A stretch of 63,126 bases of DNA from contig CAZOFS010000003.1 of assembly GCA_964579335.1 (NCBI GenBank), positions 1-63,126 of the forward strand, given 5' to 3'. A program made the position numbers and the translations under genes. The stretch comes from an uncultured Bdellovibrionales bacterium. GTDB taxonomy: Bacteria > Patescibacteriota > Minisyncoccia > Moranbacterales > UBA1568. The notes beneath the pieces were generated by a model that worked only from the letters and a program-made list of their open reading frames with translations, had not been told where the DNA came from and made no database searches. Position 1 is the stretch's first letter, and each line of letters begins with the position of its first letter. Shown one piece after another: positions 62,924 to 63,126 of this stretch.

Positions 62924-63126
62924 ATGCACTTTTTTCTCTGGTACTATACGACCGGTTTGCTCGGCATCTTCCGGATCGCTCTAAACGCGATGCGCTATGC
63001 CGTGCACCGCTTCAATATTCTCGAACTCTTCGCGACGCTCATATCGCCGTGGAAGCGTGACGTGAGTCATCAGACCTGGTCTGGCTTCCGGCCGATACTC
63101 TTTCTCAATGCGCTGGCCAACAATTT
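62924..63126 (+). CDS. Partial (5' end) membrane protein, hypothetical; runs off the window
   Basis: ATG at 62924 after AGGAGGA. The frame stays open to the window end: MHFFLWYYTTGLLGIFRIALNAMRYAVHRFNILELFATLISPWKRD... It is not in the ORF track because no stop is reached. Confidence 0.55.
   Translation, partial: MHFFLWYYTTGLLGIFRIALNAMRYAVHRFNILELFATLISPWKRDVSHQTWSGFRPILFLNALANN

Noticed and set aside
62689-63060. 123-aa plus-strand ORF
   Set aside because: It overlaps the end of 61823..62803, the terminator hairpin, and the better-supported partial ORF starting at 62924 (SD present, membrane-protein-like sequence).

Overview
This 63.1-kb chromosomal segment most likely comes from a small-genome Patescibacteria/CPR (Parcubacteria-like) bacterium. 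That assignment is an inference from gene content: a short IF-2, tRNA genes without encoded CCA next to a cca gene, paralogous GH130 'glycosidase-related' genes, a PrgI/VirB4 cluster, and many proteins with appended low-complexity tails. Layout: (1) 1-592 is non-coding and dense with hairpins. (2) 593-12272 is a tightly packed eight-gene plus-strand cluster resembling a type IV secretion system (T4SS). It holds a VirB6-like polytopic protein, a PrgI/VirB3-like protein, a stand-alone VirB4-N-like protein, a VirB4 ATPase, two membrane proteins and a 958-aa Cys-rich exported protein, with no coupling protein or relaxase in the window. (3) 12.3-13.3 kb is a minus-strand tRNA island. An intact tRNA-Leu(UAG) sits inside the D-loop region of a second, three-piece tRNA-Leu(UAG) gene, followed by a small ORF, tRNA-Pro and cca. 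(4) The rest is mostly housekeeping: infB, two GH130 genes, an AlkD-like gene, tRNA-Ser, methyltransferases, a sugar-type solute-binding protein, msrA, an amidase, rpoB-rpoC, ftsK, rodZ-like, recA, a lytic transglycosylase, rpsF-ssb-rpsR, efp, gyrB, rplY, pth, an LCP protein, lepB, hisS, HIT, rpsU, yqeY, ybeY, dgkA and ftsA-ftsZ. (5) Two small accessory patches have their own promoters and terminators: 49.1-50.3 kb, and 60.7-62.9 kb (P-loop kinase-like, small basic protein, HhH-GPD-like protein). Recurrent non-coding structure is conspicuous: GGCAGG palindromes, AAAGAAAG hairpins, heptamer-periodic hairpin arms (one inserted in frame in cca), and long imperfect palindromes filling operon spacers. 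All calls come from reading the sequence and ORF translations by eye. No database search was run.
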